63,141 nt of DNA, filler included, from Asterionella formosa (GCA_002256025.1; 25 parts of 25 records of this genome joined end to end with filler, not necessarily neighbours in it); one strand, 5' to 3'. Positions 39,743 through 53,510 are shown, counted from the first letter of the whole stretch. The notes: generated from the sequence alone by a model not told the origin. Translations and numbers: made by a program.

Positions 39743-40545
39743 TGTATTTATATTTGTCCAACAAGCAGGAAATCATTCGACAAAATCATAACAATAAATA
39801 CTAAAGATGAGCTTCACAGGGCATTGTACGGACATCAACAGTCAGGCCAGGCCTTAGCACCTATAGAAGCATTTGAAATTTATGGGCACGATGGGGTAAG
39901 AGAATCACTTTGTTTATCTTTAATCCAAGATGACAGTTGTCAGTCAGGATCTGGTCTTTACCAATATTGGATGAAACCAATTTGGCTATAAGCTCATGAG
40001 CTAATGGTTAAAGGTTAGATGTAGCATCGTTATACGATGCTACAAATTGTTTTGATTTCAGGTCGAAGGAGTCGATCTTATGATGATGATGTGTGACATG
40101 AGGAAAAAAGGGAGATGTGATAAATACCGGTAGACAAACCCCATGATACGTAATTTTGTTGTTAACGAGCGAGGCCCACGGAACATCATTATCATCATTT
40201 TTGTTGCACGCGCAATTAGGAAATAACGAAAGTGTTAAAATATTATCATAGTTGCACTTATCGGATAGCTTCTCTGAGAATCTCTACGTGTCTCGCGTCC
40301 TCTTTTCTCGTGATTCAAGGGGGCAATCTTTGGTTGATTCGTTCAGTTCATGGAAAGAGAATCATAGAAGAACCGAACGTCATTGGGAGTGATGCAAAAC
40401 GAGAAAATAGGGCGGAATCGAACGAACCATAAACAATCATCCACGNNNNNNNNNNNNNNNNNNNNNNNNNNNNNNNNNNNNNNNNNNNNTTAATTAATTA
40501 ANNNNNNNNNNNNNNNNNNNNNNNNNNNNNNNNNNNNNNNNNNNN

Positions 40546-42971
40546 CTGTTTGTTCTTTCATTTGCAAAGCTTTTTTTCAGGCAGTTGAAACAAGGGCAAC
40601 AATGTAAGATTTCTCAATAGCAAACAGCAAATCATGTTCAGTCTTTTTGGTAAGTAGGTCTCGCTTTGCAACTGTCAGTTCCATTTTGAAACTTCCATTC
40701 TGCTCTGACAAATCTCCGACTTGCCAGTAGGAGGTTCCATAAGGGACACCTATACACACACTCCATGGGGTCAAAGGGCTGTTGATATATTCGAGAAAGG
40801 TGCAATCAAATTGGGAGCCATGTCCATCTAGGATGAGGAAATGGTTTATTCCATCACTGCGGTCAAACAATACCAAAGAATCCATTTGGGCCAACATTCT
40901 CACCAACAGTTCTGCAGTAATGCTTCCTGACTCCAAACAAGAACACAAAGTGGGCACATGCTTTCCATTTAACACACACACAGGTCCCTGGGGATATCGC
41001 TTTCCTTTGCCAGTGTTAAGGTTGAAGTCGTTCTCATTGCCATGCCATTCCACAAACGGGTTAATCCCCTGTACCCAACTAGTAAGTTCAAGCTCTTTGG
41101 CAGCGAATATTATAGCACACATCACTGGAGTTCCTTCAGCAGCCAGCTGTAAATCCCAAGACTGTAAAATGCGCATCCTTCATAGCACTTCGTTGTTGTG
41201 GTCTTGCCACTGTTCCAATACATAACACTTTCTCATCCCCCTTCTGTCCATCTTTTGCTTGACTGGTGTTACTTCCGACTTCATCAACAAATATGAGTTT
41301 GTTGGCATGCTTCAAAATGTACTTGGTTTTCATTCCCAGGGCTCCTTCCTCATTTGCAACAACATCTCCTGATTTATTCAACTACACTTCTTCATCCAGC
41401 TTTTCCGCAATACCCATCTTGGCCATTTCTTCATACACATCTCTATACATCTGGTGCTCAAAGTTCCGTAATGTGCAACAGTCAGCACGCATCCCATCGA
41501 ATTTGACACCTTTCTTTGCCTTGACATGAAGCCAATTGCGAATCATGAATCCCCTCCAGTACCCTGATCCCAGTGGTTTAGACAATGTTGGATCCTCTCT
41601 GAATGAAATGCAATGTTTCTGCCTCCACAGAACAATATTTTCCATTATGGAAATACCAGACGCAAGTGAGTTCTTAGCAAGTTCCAGTCTCTGCCGACAT
41701 GTAATTGGGACTCGCATTTTAGAGAGTTGGTCAATCAGCACAATAATGTATGGCTCAACTTCGAGCATTGGTGACATTGAAGCTTCGTTTTTTCCCTGGG
41801 GTTTTTTGCGTTTTGCCCGAGATCTCACTGTTTCTATCTTTATTTTAAATCCAGGAGGAATACCAAGCGCCTCTTTTCTCCCCCAAATTATGCAGGCAAG
41901 TGTGAATCTACTTGCTTTCTTGTTCTTTTGCTGCAGTTCTTCTCTAACCCTCATGTATTCTGTGGCCGACTGGACAATGAATTCTTCGATTTTTCTTTGT
42001 ATCGATGCTGATGCCATTTGAGTGGTGGTTCCCTTTTGGCCAGCCTCCAGTAAGTATGGTGGTCATGGGGACAATGACTGCAGGAACACTAACTGCAGCA
42101 GTAGTCATAGTTGTAGAAAATAATTCAATACTATTAATAGCATTGATATAATCATCTACTCCTGTCATGTTGTCATCCTCTTCTCTTGTCAAAGCAGATG
42201 CTCTACTACTTGAATAGTAAAATGAGAGCATATCTGCCTGAGAATCTCCTGATAGTATACCCATGTTGGGGACAGCACTGGCACCTGCCTTTCATAACCA
42301 GTAGTCGACTTTTTTTGTCAGCCAAGGTAAGTATACCTTCTGAGCCTTCACCATGTTGGTAATGGCTCTGTATGGTAGCTTTCCATTATTGTTCGCCTTG
42401 ATTGTTTCAAGTTCTGTAACAATGCCAAGCATGTTGTGTTGAATAACAACCTGAGCATAATGAAGTGCTTCTGTCTCTTTCTTGATGCTGGAAGATCAAC
42501 TTTTTCTTGACTTCGGCTGGTTTGCATGATCGCTGTTTACTGTTTTTCATGTTTTGTGGACTGACGGATACATATATATCAACATCCTCAATCATATATA
42601 GGCGCACCCATATCATTTGCCATCTCTGTACAATTCAAAACCACAACAAATCTTTATTGCTGTAAATGTGGTTAACGTTCAGACACTTATTAAATGAATA
42701 TCGAAATATTTGTAAATATCATTGTAAAATATATGACGATGAGAACTCCAAACTTACCCAAATCCGTGTTCTCTATGTTTTTTTGGTCGATTCACTATTT
42801 CCGGCAATCTAAAGAGATGAACAATTGACTCCAAATCTTAAACTAAATACATAGCTGACTAGCCTACATGCTCGAGAAGGAGCCAGAACTCTCAGAATTT
42901 ACATTTACTTAAGTTTTGATAGCAAAACGTGTTATTCTGCGTTCAATGGGTCACGGCAGTGTTTTACTGGT
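40546..42971 (-). mobile_element. pogo/Fot1-like DNA transposon (DDE_1 transposase pseudogene), copy 1
   Basis: LIFVDEVG, HFTVLGFT, ESGSIT, FLILDGHGS, WQVGD motifs with stops and frameshifts; contig ends at the ...ACTGG|T terminus. Confidence 0.88.
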
Positions 42972-43675
42972 NNNNNNNNNNNNNNNNNNNNNNNNNNNNN
43001 NNNNNNNNNNNNNNNTTAATTAATTAANNNNNNNNNNNNNNNNNNNNNNNNNNNNNNNNNNNNNNNNNNNNTCCGTTGCCTCAAACTTGCTTGCCGTGTG
43101 CATACACACACTGTCAACTTGTTTTCAATGGTATGTTGTTCTTGTATTCACTGTTGAGCTTGTCCGCATCTTTGTTACCATCAATAGAGCGACGCAGACG
43201 AAGTGGGTCTCTTCATTGTTGTTTGCTCCTGGAAAAGTCGGTGTCCGTGTCATCCTCATCAATAGAGAGACAAGTTCTTTTTATCATTGCGGTTTGCCGC
43301 TGGAAAAATTGGTACTCATGGTATCGTCATTCGCTCGTTGGAACCACTGTCCGTTGCCTCAAACCTGATTAGCGTTTGAGTACCGGTATGTGCACTGTCG
43401 ACTTTAGTACATTACAGGCGGAGTGACTTCGCTACTAAATTGCGTGATATAATAATATACCCTGTAGCACAATGCAGAATACATGTGCTTCCCAATCATC
43501 TCATCATGATTGATAAGATGATACTGTGATATCATGATAAGGTTACATCAATGCATACATCACCAAAGTATGATACATAATATTGAATAAAGTACATCAC
43601 ATAGCTATTATACATGATGCTTGGCGCAGCACCTGCCAGTAGAGATATACCCGGCAGTGGAGCATGCCTCTGGTA

Positions 43676-43775
43676 CCAGCAAGTTGCGGTCATTTTACTT
43701 AAATAAAAATTTTAATATCGGATAAAGATAGCTAAACTTTTAGTTTCAGCATAATTACCGCAGCCAACTTGCAGG
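43676..43775 (+). mobile_element. 100-bp MITE with TA target duplication, CCAG...CAGG ends
   Basis: TA|CCAGCAAGTTGCGGT...ACCGCAGCCAACTTGCAGG|TA. Confidence 0.85.
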
Positions 43776-43823
43776 TATCATCATTCAATGGGGAACATTA
43801 CCACAAACATTACCAGTACAAGG

Positions 43824-44022
43824 TGAGCAATCGTGCTCAACTACAGACACACCTACAGAGTTAGGTTTACACAGATTTATCAGAACTCTCTCAGGAGAGA
43901 ACTTGACTAAAACCTATTTGAATACTTTAGTGTCAACCTAGGAGATCGAGTTGCACACAAGGATTACCTAATAAGCTCATATAGCTATTCAATAAATACT
44001 ACTGCTTCTGATTAGTTAGCTA
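43824..44022 (+). mobile_element. Diverged Gypsy LTR (same family as 9140-9336), cut at its 3' end by a CATCTAAG element
   Basis: TGAGCAATC start; shared GAGAGAAC.YGACTAA, CACACAAGGATTA and ATAAGCTCATAT...AATACTACT blocks. Confidence 0.75.
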
Positions 44023-44411
44023 CATCTAAGCCGCGTATTACATGAAGTGACCATCACATAAATAAGCCTAGTTGATTTTGAATGCATCACATGAATTAGT
44101 TGAATACATCAAAATACGTAGTTGAATATATCTATATATTATCTGAATACATCACGTTAAATATATGATCAAAGTATCATGCATGCATTCCTGATCATCA
44201 CTATATTATGTGATCACCTTCACATAATTATTTGAAATACTTCACATAATTATTTGAAATACTTCACGTAATTCTGTAATTTCGTTCATATAATTCTAGA
44301 ATAAAGTTCACTTAATATGTAACATTTGTTTACGTAATTTTCTGGAGTTCATTCAACTAAATTAAAGAGTTTCATTAATGAAATAAAGCCTGCTCATTCG
44401 GAACGGCATGC

Positions 44412-44880
44412 GAATGCTCCTGCACTGAAAGGGTTTGATGCAATGTCAATTGAATGTAGAGGAAGATCATTGTGAGTTATCAGTAGCGTTGCTCATATAG
44501 CCGTCAAAATAGCGCAGTAATCTTACCAGAACAACGTTCATTCCAAACCTCCTTGTCCCTGCCTGTTGTCAACAACAATGCGTGAGCTGACAAGCCATAC
44601 TAGCATTTAGGTACACAACAAGAACACACTCACCATTCAACTGTATTGCAGAGTTCTTTTGGATTTCATCCGAATGCTCCTGAATTGAAAGGGTTTTCTG
44701 CAATGTCAATTGAATGTAGAGGAAGATCAGTGTGAGTTATCAGTAGCGTTGCTCATATAGCCGTCAAAATAGCGGTCAAAATAGCGCAGTAATCTTACCA
44801 GAACAACTTCCATTCCGGACCTCATTGTCCCTGCCTGCTGTCAACAACAATGCGTGAGCTGACAAGCCATATTAGCATTT
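44412..44880 (+). repeat. Direct duplication of about 200 bp (44412-44608 and 44672-44880); third copy on the minus strand at 53730-53935
   Basis: Repeated CAATGTCAATTGAATGTAGAGGAAGATCA.TGTGAGTTATCAGTAGCGTTGCTCATATAGCCGTCAAAATAGCG. Confidence 0.88.
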
Positions 44881-45612
44881 TTCGCCGACTATTCCGTTGT
44901 TTGGCTTTATGGTCCTATGCAGTTACAGAAACAATGAGAAGGAATGATTTGTTAGCTAGTAGTCATGTTACATTGAAACAACGACACGCAATTCCATCGT
45001 ATCCTCTTGCTTCACTTACCACAAATCAATGCAACTGATGCATAAGTCTGTTATAGTAACTTGTCAGTAAGCCAAATTCTTGAATAAGTAAGTTTCGGGT
45101 ATCCAATGTTGTCGAATAAAACTTAACTTTGAGAGAAGGTCAACGTTTTGTCAGCTTTATTCCAACAGAAGTGAATAGGTCCAACGAGTGACAAGAGCAC
45201 TTACGCAATTTGGTTTTGTTTTACATTGGTGCTCCCCAACAAGCGAAACGAGCTGTTGAATCAACTGAGAAAAAAGGAAATGTGGCTGTGTTTAGTTTAC
45301 AATTTGTTGTTGTGCTGCCTGCCTGCCTCCCAACGATTGTCATCCAAGTACCACGCACATTGATGGCTTCATTACCTTAAACATTCTCCATCCTTCGAAG
45401 GCGCAATGTATCGAAGTCACAATGTTTTTCGTTTTGTATTGCAAAAATTTTCTTTTCTTGTCATGTGCTTTACTATGACGTATCTTTTCATGAAGCANNN
45501 NNNNNNNNNNNNNNNNNNNNNNNNNNNNNNNNNNNNNNNNNTTAATTAATTAANNNNNNNNNNNNNNNNNNNNNNNNNNNNNNNNNNNNNNNNNNNNGCT
45601 GCTCCTCCTCTG

Positions 45613-46114
45613 CTTCTTTTTCTATATTGTACTTGCTAGAGTTATCGCTGTAGACTATTTGTAGCTGCTCCGAAACGGAGAAGGCCATTGCGGCACATCT
45701 CAATTTTGACTCACTACGGCGACAAGCAAGGTTGAAATATGCAACAGCTGTTTCTGAACGAAATAACGGATTCAATTCCTTATTGTCAGATACTCAGCAT
45801 CCTTTCCTTCTATTTCTATATTGTACTTGCTCGACTTATTGCTGTAGACTATTTGTAGCTGCTCCGAAACGGAGAAGGCCATTGCGGCACATCTCAATTT
45901 TGACTCACTACGGCGACATGCAAGGTTAAAATATGCAACAGCTGTTTCTGAACGAAATAACGGATTCAATTCCTTATTGTCAGCTACTCAGCATCCTTTC
46001 CTTCTTTTTCTATATTGTACTTGCTAGAGTTATCGCTGTAGACTATTTGTAGCTGCTCCGAAACGGAGAAGGCCATTGCGGCACATCTCAATTTTGACTC
46101 ACTACGGCGACATG
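45613..46114. repeat. 194-bp tandem repeat, about 2.6 copies
   Basis: TGTAGACTATTTGTAGCTGCTCCGAAACGG at 45649, 45843 and 46037. Confidence 0.92.
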
Positions 46115-46419
46115 CGATGCTAAACGATGCTCAACGAGTACCAACGCTGCTTTATTTCTAATCTGGCAGGCTATTGTAATCTCTACAATCAACAATGACT
46201 AAACAATGTGTCTACAACATCAACTACTACTACTACTACGTGTGCTGAATTCTACAGTGTGAATCTTCCTCTTGCATGTGTTATTCTTTGCCAGTTCAGA
46301 TCAAAGTGAATGTCGGAGCGGAAAAAATAATAAGTGTATCGGAATTGGCGTTTCTTTCGTTCATTATATGGTGAAAGCAGCATAATTTCGCTTTTATACT
46401 GTTGCGATGGCTAGTTAGT

Positions 46420-46645
46420 CAACATATATTGTCACGAACACACATAATTATTGGTGTGATCACATAATTATTCAATAAGTGAAATAAATTTTTTTTAACC
46501 CGAATAAATTAGGGAAAAAGTAGCATAATATTTAAAAAAAGTAACATAATATTTTAGAAAAGTAACATAATATTTTAAAAAAGTAGCATAAATACGTCAC
46601 TTTAGACATAAATTCGAAAAAGTGCCGTAAACGGCGTCTTAGATG
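46420..46645 (-). mobile_element. CATCTAAG-ended element, subfamily C
   Basis: Ends ...TTCGAAAAAGTGCCGTAAACGGCGTCTTAGATG; subterminal AAAAGTA.CATAATATTT repeats. Confidence 0.7.
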
Positions 46646-48021
46646 CATGCTGTTTCCATGGTGTCTCATGCCCAACCCAATCCTTTCGCCCCACTGGACT
46701 TCTCGGAGGATGACTATCCTGATTCTGCCTTTTCTTACCTTGACTCTGATGATCCCTGTCCTTCCAGTGTGGGCACTTCTCGCCATGTTCGCACTTCCCC
46801 GGTCCCCCCTACTTGCATGGGTACCCTCCGACATGTCACTCCAGTCTCCAACAAAATCTGCCCAGATTCTGGGGCCTCCGTTGATATGTTTCCTGACCGC
46901 CAATGTTTCATTGAATATGTCCCCCTTACTCACTGTTTTGTCCGGGTGGCCAACAATGATCATACCCCCGTCCTTGGTCGTGGTACAGTTGCCATTCAAC
47001 TCGGGGACTACTTTGTCCGGTTATCGAACTGCCTTCATGTCCCTGGCCTTGATATACCCCTGCTCTCCATCCGCGTTCACCGACGCCATGGATCTGGGTG
47101 TACCTTCATTGCTGACTCCTCTGGCTGCTACCTCAATTTTCCTACTTTTGCCCTTCCGGTTGATGACTCCTCTGATTGTCTCCTTCCTTTTCCCCTGCCC
47201 CATTCGCCTCCTCTTTCTCCTTTGATGATACCTTGTACCCATCGGTTCTAGTCCTTTCCAATCCCCCCTCCATTGCTCGGTTTGCACTCAAATGTGCAGC
47301 CCTTCACCACCACACATGGCCTGTCCATCGGGTTGTTCCTCCTTCACACCCCGCCTCGGACCCCTCCCTTCTCCGGCTCCCCTCCTCAGAATCATCCAAG
47401 ATTATCCTGCCCTTGGATCCTTCTGCTGCCCCTGCCCCTCCAATTATGACTTGTGAACGCCCTGAGTCTTTTGGTGCCCAGGTTCGCCGTTTTTCCTCCC
47501 ATGATCTCCACAAACATTTTGGCAACCGCAAATTTCGTAATTATTCCATCTTTACCAAAGTGGCCAATGGCATTTGCCTGTCGGAACATTTCGAGCCTCC
47601 CATCTCGGTTGGCGACGTTGTCAACATGAAGCGTGGTCCCTCTGGCTTATCCCTCCCTCGCCCTTCCTCCATCCTCCAGCGTGTTGGTGTTGATATTGGC
47701 TATGGTGATGGCATCAGCCCTGGTGGTTACCGCTACTGCCTTCTCCTGGTTGACCAATTCAGTCGCAAGACCTGGTGTTATGGCCTTAAGGACCTCACTA
47801 GCTCCTCTATCTCTGATGCATTCTGGCGATTTTTTGTTGATACAGGCAATTTTCCCCGTGTCCTCCAATGTGACTTTGATCAAAAGTTTCTGGGGGTTGT
47901 TGGTACCAAACTGATCCTTGCCCTTGATGGTACCTTTGTCCGCGGTTCCTTGGATCTTGATGATGACCTTGACTGGCTCTTTGTCCGCCGCAATTCTGCT
48001 GGCCAAATCATCCACCAGACT
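46646..48021 (+). pseudogene. Diatom Copia pol remnant (protease, integrase), frameshifted and internally deleted
   Basis: ICPDSGASVDMFPDR, CLHVPGL, HKHFGNRKFRNY, VDIGYGDGISPGGYRYCLLLVD, LQCDFDQKF. Confidence 0.88.
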
Positions 48022-48121
48022 NNNNNNNNNNNNNNNNNNNNNNNNNNNNNNNNNNNNNNNNNNNNTTAATTAATTAANNNNNNNNNNNNNNNNNNNNNNN
48101 NNNNNNNNNNNNNNNNNNNNN

Positions 48122-50544
48122 ACATGAAATCAGACGCTGAGGACAAGAGGAGCGCATTGCGTCAGAGGCGGCTCGAGCTACAGGAACAGTGGGCGACTTT
48201 ATGTACATGATACTATTAGAAGCTCCGTCCAAAAGAATGACTTGGGAATGGATTTCTATCCTAGAGATGCTGCAGAGGCACCAACGGATCACAGTATTCC
48301 GGATTCCATCCCCAAAGTGGTAGTAAAGGGAAATGTTACACCAGTGACAGCCAAACAGGCACCAACAGATCACAGTATTCCAGAGTCCATCACCAAAGTG
48401 GTACTAAAGGGAAATGTTACACCAGTGACAGCCAAACAAAGGAAAAAGTTCAAAGCAGTCATTAAAGGATCAAATACAAAGAAATCTGAGAGCAATGAGA
48501 ATATGGCCATCATCCTGAACCATCCAGCGGGAAGAACCCACGGCACTGGCTGGAACATAAACAGAAAGACGAAAATTCAAGGATCAAACACACAAAGGAA
48601 GCACCAGGATAAGAAAATAGAGACAAACGCAAGAACGAGGAACTTCCAAAATCAGGATCAGAGAGTATCAAGAACAGTGACATGGCAGTTGTGGAAGCCA
48701 TCCATCATAGTAACGGTAGTACAATGGGCTATCACATGTTGGGCTGGAATATCAAAATTAGAGGTGGCTTACCTCCAAACCATGATTTTGCCGCACCAAG
48801 AAAACATTTCCACCAGAAATTAGAGGTGGTGATGAATCACATGACAACCACAGATGCTTCAATAAGGCTATTGCCAAAAGGAAATTCCAATGAGCGAGGA
48901 AAAAGCGGTCAATAGTGTGTTCAAGATGGAAAAAGTAGATAAAGATGAATACATACTCCAACTAGCTCAAAAGACACATGTTTTCAGGACCCCACCAGGA
49001 CGATCAACTCCGAAAGAAATGCTGGTTCATTTGTGGACAACACTACTAAGATAGGATTCAATTATTCCAAGGAAACTGAGGCCATGACCATCTCCTCCAT
49101 GGTCATTACACTCCAGTAATGCGCACAACTATGGAAAAATCTTCTTTTATCCTCCAGGGGAGCACCGGAATTATCGAAGTGTTTCTTTCAATAGTACACT
49201 GGCATTTGAGCCCTGGAAAGGTAGCTATGCTTGCTTATGCTGCTTCGTTTTTATGTAATGCAAGGCTCAAAACAGAAGCTCAGAATAGTTAAGAATACCG
49301 TTGGAAGGATGGCTCCTGGGGCATCCTCTAAACAAGTGGAATAACTATTTAGAATCAAAAAGTAAAAAATTATGGATTTACCAGGAATTGACACATACTT
49401 GGATGAAGCACCAAATTCAGGAAAGGCAGCCAGCTTTTCGATTCAATATGCACAGACCAACTGGTCTGTACAGCACCTGCCACAACACCGCCTTCTGAGA
49501 GCGTTCCCTGTGATGTACTTGCCCATGGCACCATCAGGTTCAGGAGAGGCAGAATCAAGATAACCAAATGAATGTCGATCAACAGTCATTTGGGGGTCAC
49601 ATAAAAGGGTTACACCTCACAAAAACGCAGCTTTCCCAGCGCCCAGATCCGAGTTTCCATTAAAGAAAAGGAGTGCAACACTTACTTCCTGCAGAAGCGC
49701 CAACTTACAAAAACTAGGATGTTGTCTATTGGCCACAACTGGTTGGCAATACACCTGGCAGTTAAATCGCAACCATTAAAGAATATACTCATGACCAGCA
49801 CATACATTCATGGATGGCTCTCCCCACTGGCGCTAAGAGACAAGTAATATACAACGGAGACACCAGGTGCCCCCACTGTGGCTCAATGGAAACAAATGAG
49901 TATGTTATGCAGTGCGAAGACCCAAAAAAGGTACAGTATGGGCCTTCGATTTTCATCATGAGGGATAGCAATTTGGAACAAGATATCAGCAGGGCAACAA
50001 GTGACCCCGGTGTGGCTCACCTATATGAAACATACCATGTAAAGACAAGAGGTACATCTGATTTCATTCCACTTTTCATGAGAATACAAGCACCGAAACC
50101 AAGAACTTTATCAGGAAAGCAATCATAGTTTCGCAAAATGATCTTGGCCCTATCCTCACCCTGAGGAGTTATCTCACTACAGCTTGGTGCAAAAGCAGTG
50201 AAGTATTCAAGAGAGGATCCCGCATTCAATGGCGCCAAATGCCAGAGCTGTTCCCACCAGGTAGTGACTTAATGGTGGGGGCAACTTTCCAGTTTGTGTA
50301 CAGTGCGAAATGAAAGTTGCGCTAAGGGAAAATCTTTATTCCAGTGCACTCTTCTTTCCATGACATAATTAAAGAATATTATACAATCCAGCAGAAAATT
50401 TGCACCAGGCAGGAATTCCCATCTTTTCTCAGCTCCATTAGATGATATGCATGCTCCAAGCAAAATTGAATAAAAATTAAGATTTCTTGAAAAGGCACAC
50501 TACTTGGTCGCCACATCCAGGCTTCAATCTAACCAAGGTCAGAC
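48122..50544. mobile_element. Scrambled non-LTR (Ambal-like) retrotransposon remnants; 81-bp tandem duplication at 48276-48440
   Basis: C-terminal CPHC..ETxExVxxC zinc-knuckle-like motif near 49868; short ORF pieces on both strands; APTDHSIP...VTAKQ repeated twice. Confidence 0.5.
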
Positions 50545-50644
50545 NNNNNNNNNNNNNNNNNNNNNNNNNNNNNNNNNNNNNNNNNNNNTTAATTAATTAA
50601 NNNNNNNNNNNNNNNNNNNNNNNNNNNNNNNNNNNNNNNNNNNN

Positions 50645-53066
50645 CTGTTTGTTCTTTCATTTGCAAAGCTTTTTTTCAGGCAGTTGAAACAAGGGCAACA
50701 ATGTAAGATTTCTCAATAGCAAACAGCAAATCATGTTCAGTCTTTTTGGTAAGTAGGTCTCGCTTTGCAACAGTCAGTTCCATTTTGAAACTTCCATTCT
50801 GCTCTGACAAATCTCCGACTTGCCAGTAGGTTTCATAAGGGACACCTATACACACACTCCATGGGGTCAAAGGGCTGTTGATATATTCGAGAAAGGTGCA
50901 ATCAAATTGGGAGCCATGTCCATCTAGGATGAGGAAAGGGTTTATTCCATCACTGCGGTCAAACAATTCCAAAGAATCCATTTGGGCCAACATTCTCACC
51001 AACAGTTCTGCAGTTATGCTTCCTGATTCCGAACAAGAACACAAAGTGGGCACATGCTTTCCATTTAACACACACACAGTTCCCTGGGGATATCGCTTTC
51101 CTTTGCCAGTGTTAAGGTTGAAGTCATTCTCATTGCCATGCCATTCCACAAACGGGTTAATCCCCTGTACCCAACTAGTAAGTTCAAGCTCTTTGGCAGC
51201 GAATATTATAGCACACATCACTGGAGTTCCTTCAGCAGCCAGCTGTAAATCCCAAGACTGTAAAATGCGCATCCTTCATAGCACTTCGTTGTTGTGTTCT
51301 TGCTGCTGTTCCAATACATAACACTTTCTCATCCCCCTTCTGTCCATCTTTTGCTTGACTGGTGTTACTTCCGACTTCATCAACAAATATGAGTTTGTTG
51401 GGATGCTTCAAAATGTACTTGGTTTTCATTCCCAGGGCTCCTTCCTCATTTGCAACAACATCTCCTGATTTATTCAACTACACTTCTTCATCCAGCTTTT
51501 CCGCAATACCCATCTTGGCCATTTCTTCATACACATCTCTATACATCTGGTGCTCAAAGTTCCGTAATGTGCACCAGTCAGCACGCATCCCATCGAATTT
51601 GACACCTTTCTTTGCCTTGACATGAAGCCAATTGCGACTCATGAATCCCATCCAGTACCCTGATCCCAGTGGTTTAGAGAATGTTGGATCCTCTCTGAAT
51701 GAAATGCAATGTTTCTGCCTCCACAGAACAATATTTTCCATTATGGAAATACCAGACGCAAGTGAGTTAGCAAGTTCCAGTCCCTACCAACATGTAATTG
51801 GGACTCGCATTTTAGAGAGTTGGTCAATCAGCACAATAATGTATGGCTCAACTTCGAGCATTGGTGACATTGAAGCTTCGTTTTTCCCTGGGGTTTTTTG
51901 CGTTTTGCCCGAGATCTCACTGTTTCTATCTTTATTTTAAATCCAGGAGGAATACCAAGCGCCTCTTTTCTCCCCCCAATTATGCAGGCAAGTGTGAATC
52001 TACTTGCTTTCTTGTTCTTTTGCTGCAGTTCTTCTCTAACCCTCATGTATTCTGTGGCCGACTGGACAATGAATTCTTCGATTTTTCTTTGTATCGATGC
52101 TGATGCCATTTGAGTGGTGGTTCCCTTTGGCCAGCCTCCAGTAAGTATGGCGGTCATGGGGACAATGACTGCAGGAACACTAACTGCAGCAGTAGTCATA
52201 GTTGTAGAAAATAATTCAATACTATAATAGCATTGATATAATCATCTACTCCTGTCATGTTGTCATCCTCTTCTCTTGTCAAAGCAGATGCTCTAGTACT
52301 ACTTGAATAGTAAAATGAGAGCATATCTGCCTGAGAATCTCCTGATAGTATACCCATGTTGGGGACAGCACTGGCACCTGCCTTTCATAACCAGTAGTCG
52401 ACTTTTTTTGTCAGCCAAGGTAAACCTTCTGAGCCTTCACCATGTTGGTAATGGCTCTGTATGGTAGCTTTCCATTATTGTTCGCCTTGATTGTTTCAAG
52501 TTCTGTAACAATGCCAAGCATGTTGTGTTGAATAACGACCTGAGCATAATGAAGTGCTTCTGTCTCCTTCTTGATGCTGGAAGATCAACTTTTTCTTGAC
52601 TTCGGCTGGTTTGCATGATAGCTGTTTACTGTTTTTCATGTTTTGTGGACTGACGGATAAATAAATATCAACATCCTCAATCATACTATATAGGCGCACC
52701 CATATCATTTGCCATCTCTGCTGTACAATTCAAAACCAAAACAAATCTTTATTGCTGTAAATGTGGTTAACGTTCAGACACTAATTAAATCAATATCGAA
52801 ATATTTGTAAATATCATTGTAAAATATATGACGATGAGAACTCCAAACTTACCCTAATCCGTGTTCTCTATGTTTTTTTGGTCGATTCACTATTTCCGGC
52901 AATCTAAAGAGATGAACAATTGACTCCAAATCTTAAACAAAATACATAGCTGACTAGCCTACATGCTCGAGAAGGAGCCAGAACTCTCAGAATTTACATT
53001 TACTTAAGTTTTGATAGCAAAACGTGTTATTCTGCGTTCAATGGGTCACGGCAGTTTTTTACTGGT
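50645..53066 (-). mobile_element. pogo/Fot1-like DNA transposon, copy 2
   Basis: Colinear and highly similar to 40546-42971, with the same contig ends. Confidence 0.88.
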
Positions 53067-53377
53067 NNNNNNNNNNNNNNNNNNNNNNNNNNNNNNNNNN
53101 NNNNNNNNNNTTAATTAATTAANNNNNNNNNNNNNNNNNNNNNNNNNNNNNNNNNNNNNNNNNNNNGGATACAACCTTCCTCGCTGTTTCCCAAGTCCAA
53201 TGGTACCACCAGAATGCAGCAAAGTTTTCTTCCCATTCATGATCCTTGGGACTTCGTCATGTTGTGGCGTTCTACCCCCTGCTCCATAACCACAGCCACC
53301 CTGTCGCGGGCCGTTGCAATGCACGATAATGGGTGATGTACCAAATTTTTCCGGGGGGGGGCAGCGCTTTGACTTTC

Positions 53378-53510
53378 ACAGCCTCTCTACAGAGCTGCGA
53401 CAGAAAATAATAGGGATAAACATAGTACCACCATAACCGTACATGGCAGCCTCTACAGAGCTGCGACAGAAAATAATAGGGAAAAACATAGTACCACCAT
53501 AACCGTACAT
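53378..53510. repeat. Tandem duplication of about 66 bp
   Basis: CTCTACAGAGCTGCGACAGAAAATAATAGGG..AACATAGTACCACCATAACCGTACAT twice. Confidence 0.85.
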
